The notes beneath the pieces are model-generated. The model worked only from the letters and a program-made list of their open reading frames with translations, was not told where the DNA came from and did no database searches. 64,000 nt of DNA from a virus (lineage: Duplodnaviria > Caudoviricetes), in IMG/VR virus record IMGVR_UViG_3300037067_012588; one strand, 5' to 3'. Positions 62,803 to 64,000 of this stretch are shown piece after piece (within the stretch, counting starts at the first letter, position 1; each line of letters opens with the position of its first letter). Both the position numbers and the translations under genes were made by a program.

Positions 62803-64000
62803 TCACTCCGGGCTTGCAACAGTGACAAATTCACCATCCGACAACCTCTTCAACCTCACACCCCTCGTCGCACGACCGTGAACAGGAACATCGGACATGG
62901 CAATCCGAATGCACTGAGTCGTATTTGTCAGCAGGAACAACGTCGCATCTTCGTCAGATGCAGGAACAACGCCAGCATACAGCAGGGAATCGCCATCCTG
63001 AAGGGCTGCTCCAGCCACGCCTTGCCCTCCACGCCCCTTTGACGAGAAGTCCTCGGCTGGCGACCGCTTGGCGAACCCAAGCTTGCTCACGGTCAATACG
63101 TGACCTCCTGTGAGCACTCTGGTAATCCCAAGCAACTTGTCTCCATCCGCAACCCTCATCGCAGCCACACCAGCCGCAGCACGGCTTTGAACCTCACGGA
63201 TGTCAGCCAATCCTGTTCTCAGGATTTGCCCTTGAGCCGTCGAAATCATCACGTCGTCGTCAACCTTGCAGACAACAGCACCAACAACCTCGCCGCCACG
63301 CTCGACATCGTAAATGATCGTTGTTCCATTCTTGGCTTTACGAACGGAATCTGCAGCCATCTTCTTGATAAGCCCATTCGCCCCAAGGATTGCCAAACAC
63401 TCTCCATCAGCAATATCCATCGGAGAGACGGCAACAACAACCTCATCATCCGCAACGCCAGCAACATATTCTGAAAGCTTCTTCGGCAAACGACCCTTGT
63501 GCATCGCAGGGATATCGTAAACACGAGTCCTGTAACGATTCCCCTTGTTTGTGATGAACATCACCTCGTCGTGCGAGGAAACCGTGACAGCGAATATCGG
63601 ATAAACACCATCTGGTATCTTCGTACCATTCACCCCTGTCCCACGACGCTTCTGAACACGGTATTCCGACAGCGGAGTTGCCTTGATTGTTTTGTCCGAC
63701 ATGAACGACAGGACAACATCCTGCTGCTTCACAAGGTCTTTGATTGAAATGGTTGAGAAGTCAGGCACAACCATCGTCCTCCTGTCAGCTCCAAACAGAT
63801 GGTCAACTTCCTTCGTCTCTTCAATGATAATGGCATCAATACGTTCGGGACAACGAAGAATGTCCTCTGCCTCAGAAACGATTCCAGAAAGCTCCTTCAG
63901 TTCCTCGTCGAGCTTTGTCACATCGACCTTGCTGAACCTACGAATAGGCATATTGAAAACGTATTCGGCGCATTCCTTGTCGAACTTGTATTCGACAATC
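62803..64000 (-). CDS. gyrA: DNA gyrase subunit A, C-terminal part (5'-partial)
   Basis: Frame open to the window edge; FG..RRT, GyrA-box-like QKRRGTG, pinwheel blades (FITNKG, ST.QG...R, R.A.GV, GRGGQGV, GRATRGV). Confidence 0.9.
   Translation of the reverse strand, partial: IVEYKFDKECAEYVFNMPIRRFSKVDVTKLDEELKELSGIVSEAEDILRCPERIDAIIIEETKEVDHLFGADRRTMVVPDFSTISIKDLVKQQDVVLSFMSDKTIKATPLSEYRVQKRRGTGVNGTKIPDGVYPIFAVTVSSHDEVMFITNKGNRYRTRVYDIPAMHKGRLPKKLSEYVAGVADDEVVVAVSPMDIADGECLAILGANGLIKKMAADSVRKAKNGTTIIYDVERGGEVVGAVVCKVDDDVMISTAQGQILRTGLADIREVQSRAAAGVAAMRVADGDKLLGITRVLTGGHVLTVSKLGFAKRSPAEDFSSKGRGGQGVAGAALQDGDSLLYAGVVPASDEDATLFLLTNTTQCIRIAMSDVPVHGRATRGVRLKRLSDGEFVTVASPE

Overview
This window reads as part of a large (jumbo/huge) dsDNA bacteriophage genome in standard genetic code. 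Almost all genes are on the minus strand; the one credible plus-strand gene is at 36.3-37.3 kb. (1) 1-27.3 kb is a virion fibre/adhesin cluster: a partial Kelch-repeat protein missed by the ORF track, a 2850-aa poly-serine-linked multidomain protein (FG-GAP, Asp-box, LamG), three paralogues with a shared ~250-aa N-terminal module, collagen-like Gly-X-Y proteins, and an intein-containing GT4 glycosyltransferase. (2) 27.3-36 kb holds a metacaspase whose intein sits exactly at the catalytic cysteine, next to seven proteins sharing a short 'AS..VAxELxxIAKxLxA' peptide tag. (3) 36-54 kb is a replication/early region: an HNH plus Rep-like gene behind iteron-like repeats, RuvC, the N-terminal half of SbcC, ClpS, CoaB, a CoaC-M23 fusion, NAD-dependent ligase, a Mesh1-like hydrolase, a radical SAM protein, and a promoter-like motif present five to six times. 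(4) 53.7-62 kb is a phage-encoded type I-C-like CRISPR-Cas interference locus (cas5-cas8c/cas11-cas7-leader-20 repeats-cas3-PD-(D/E)XK nuclease). No cas1, cas2 or cas6 is in the window, and one spacer resembles the phage's own repeated promoter motif. (5) The right edge is the 3' part of gyrA. All calls come from reading motifs by eye; no database searches were run.
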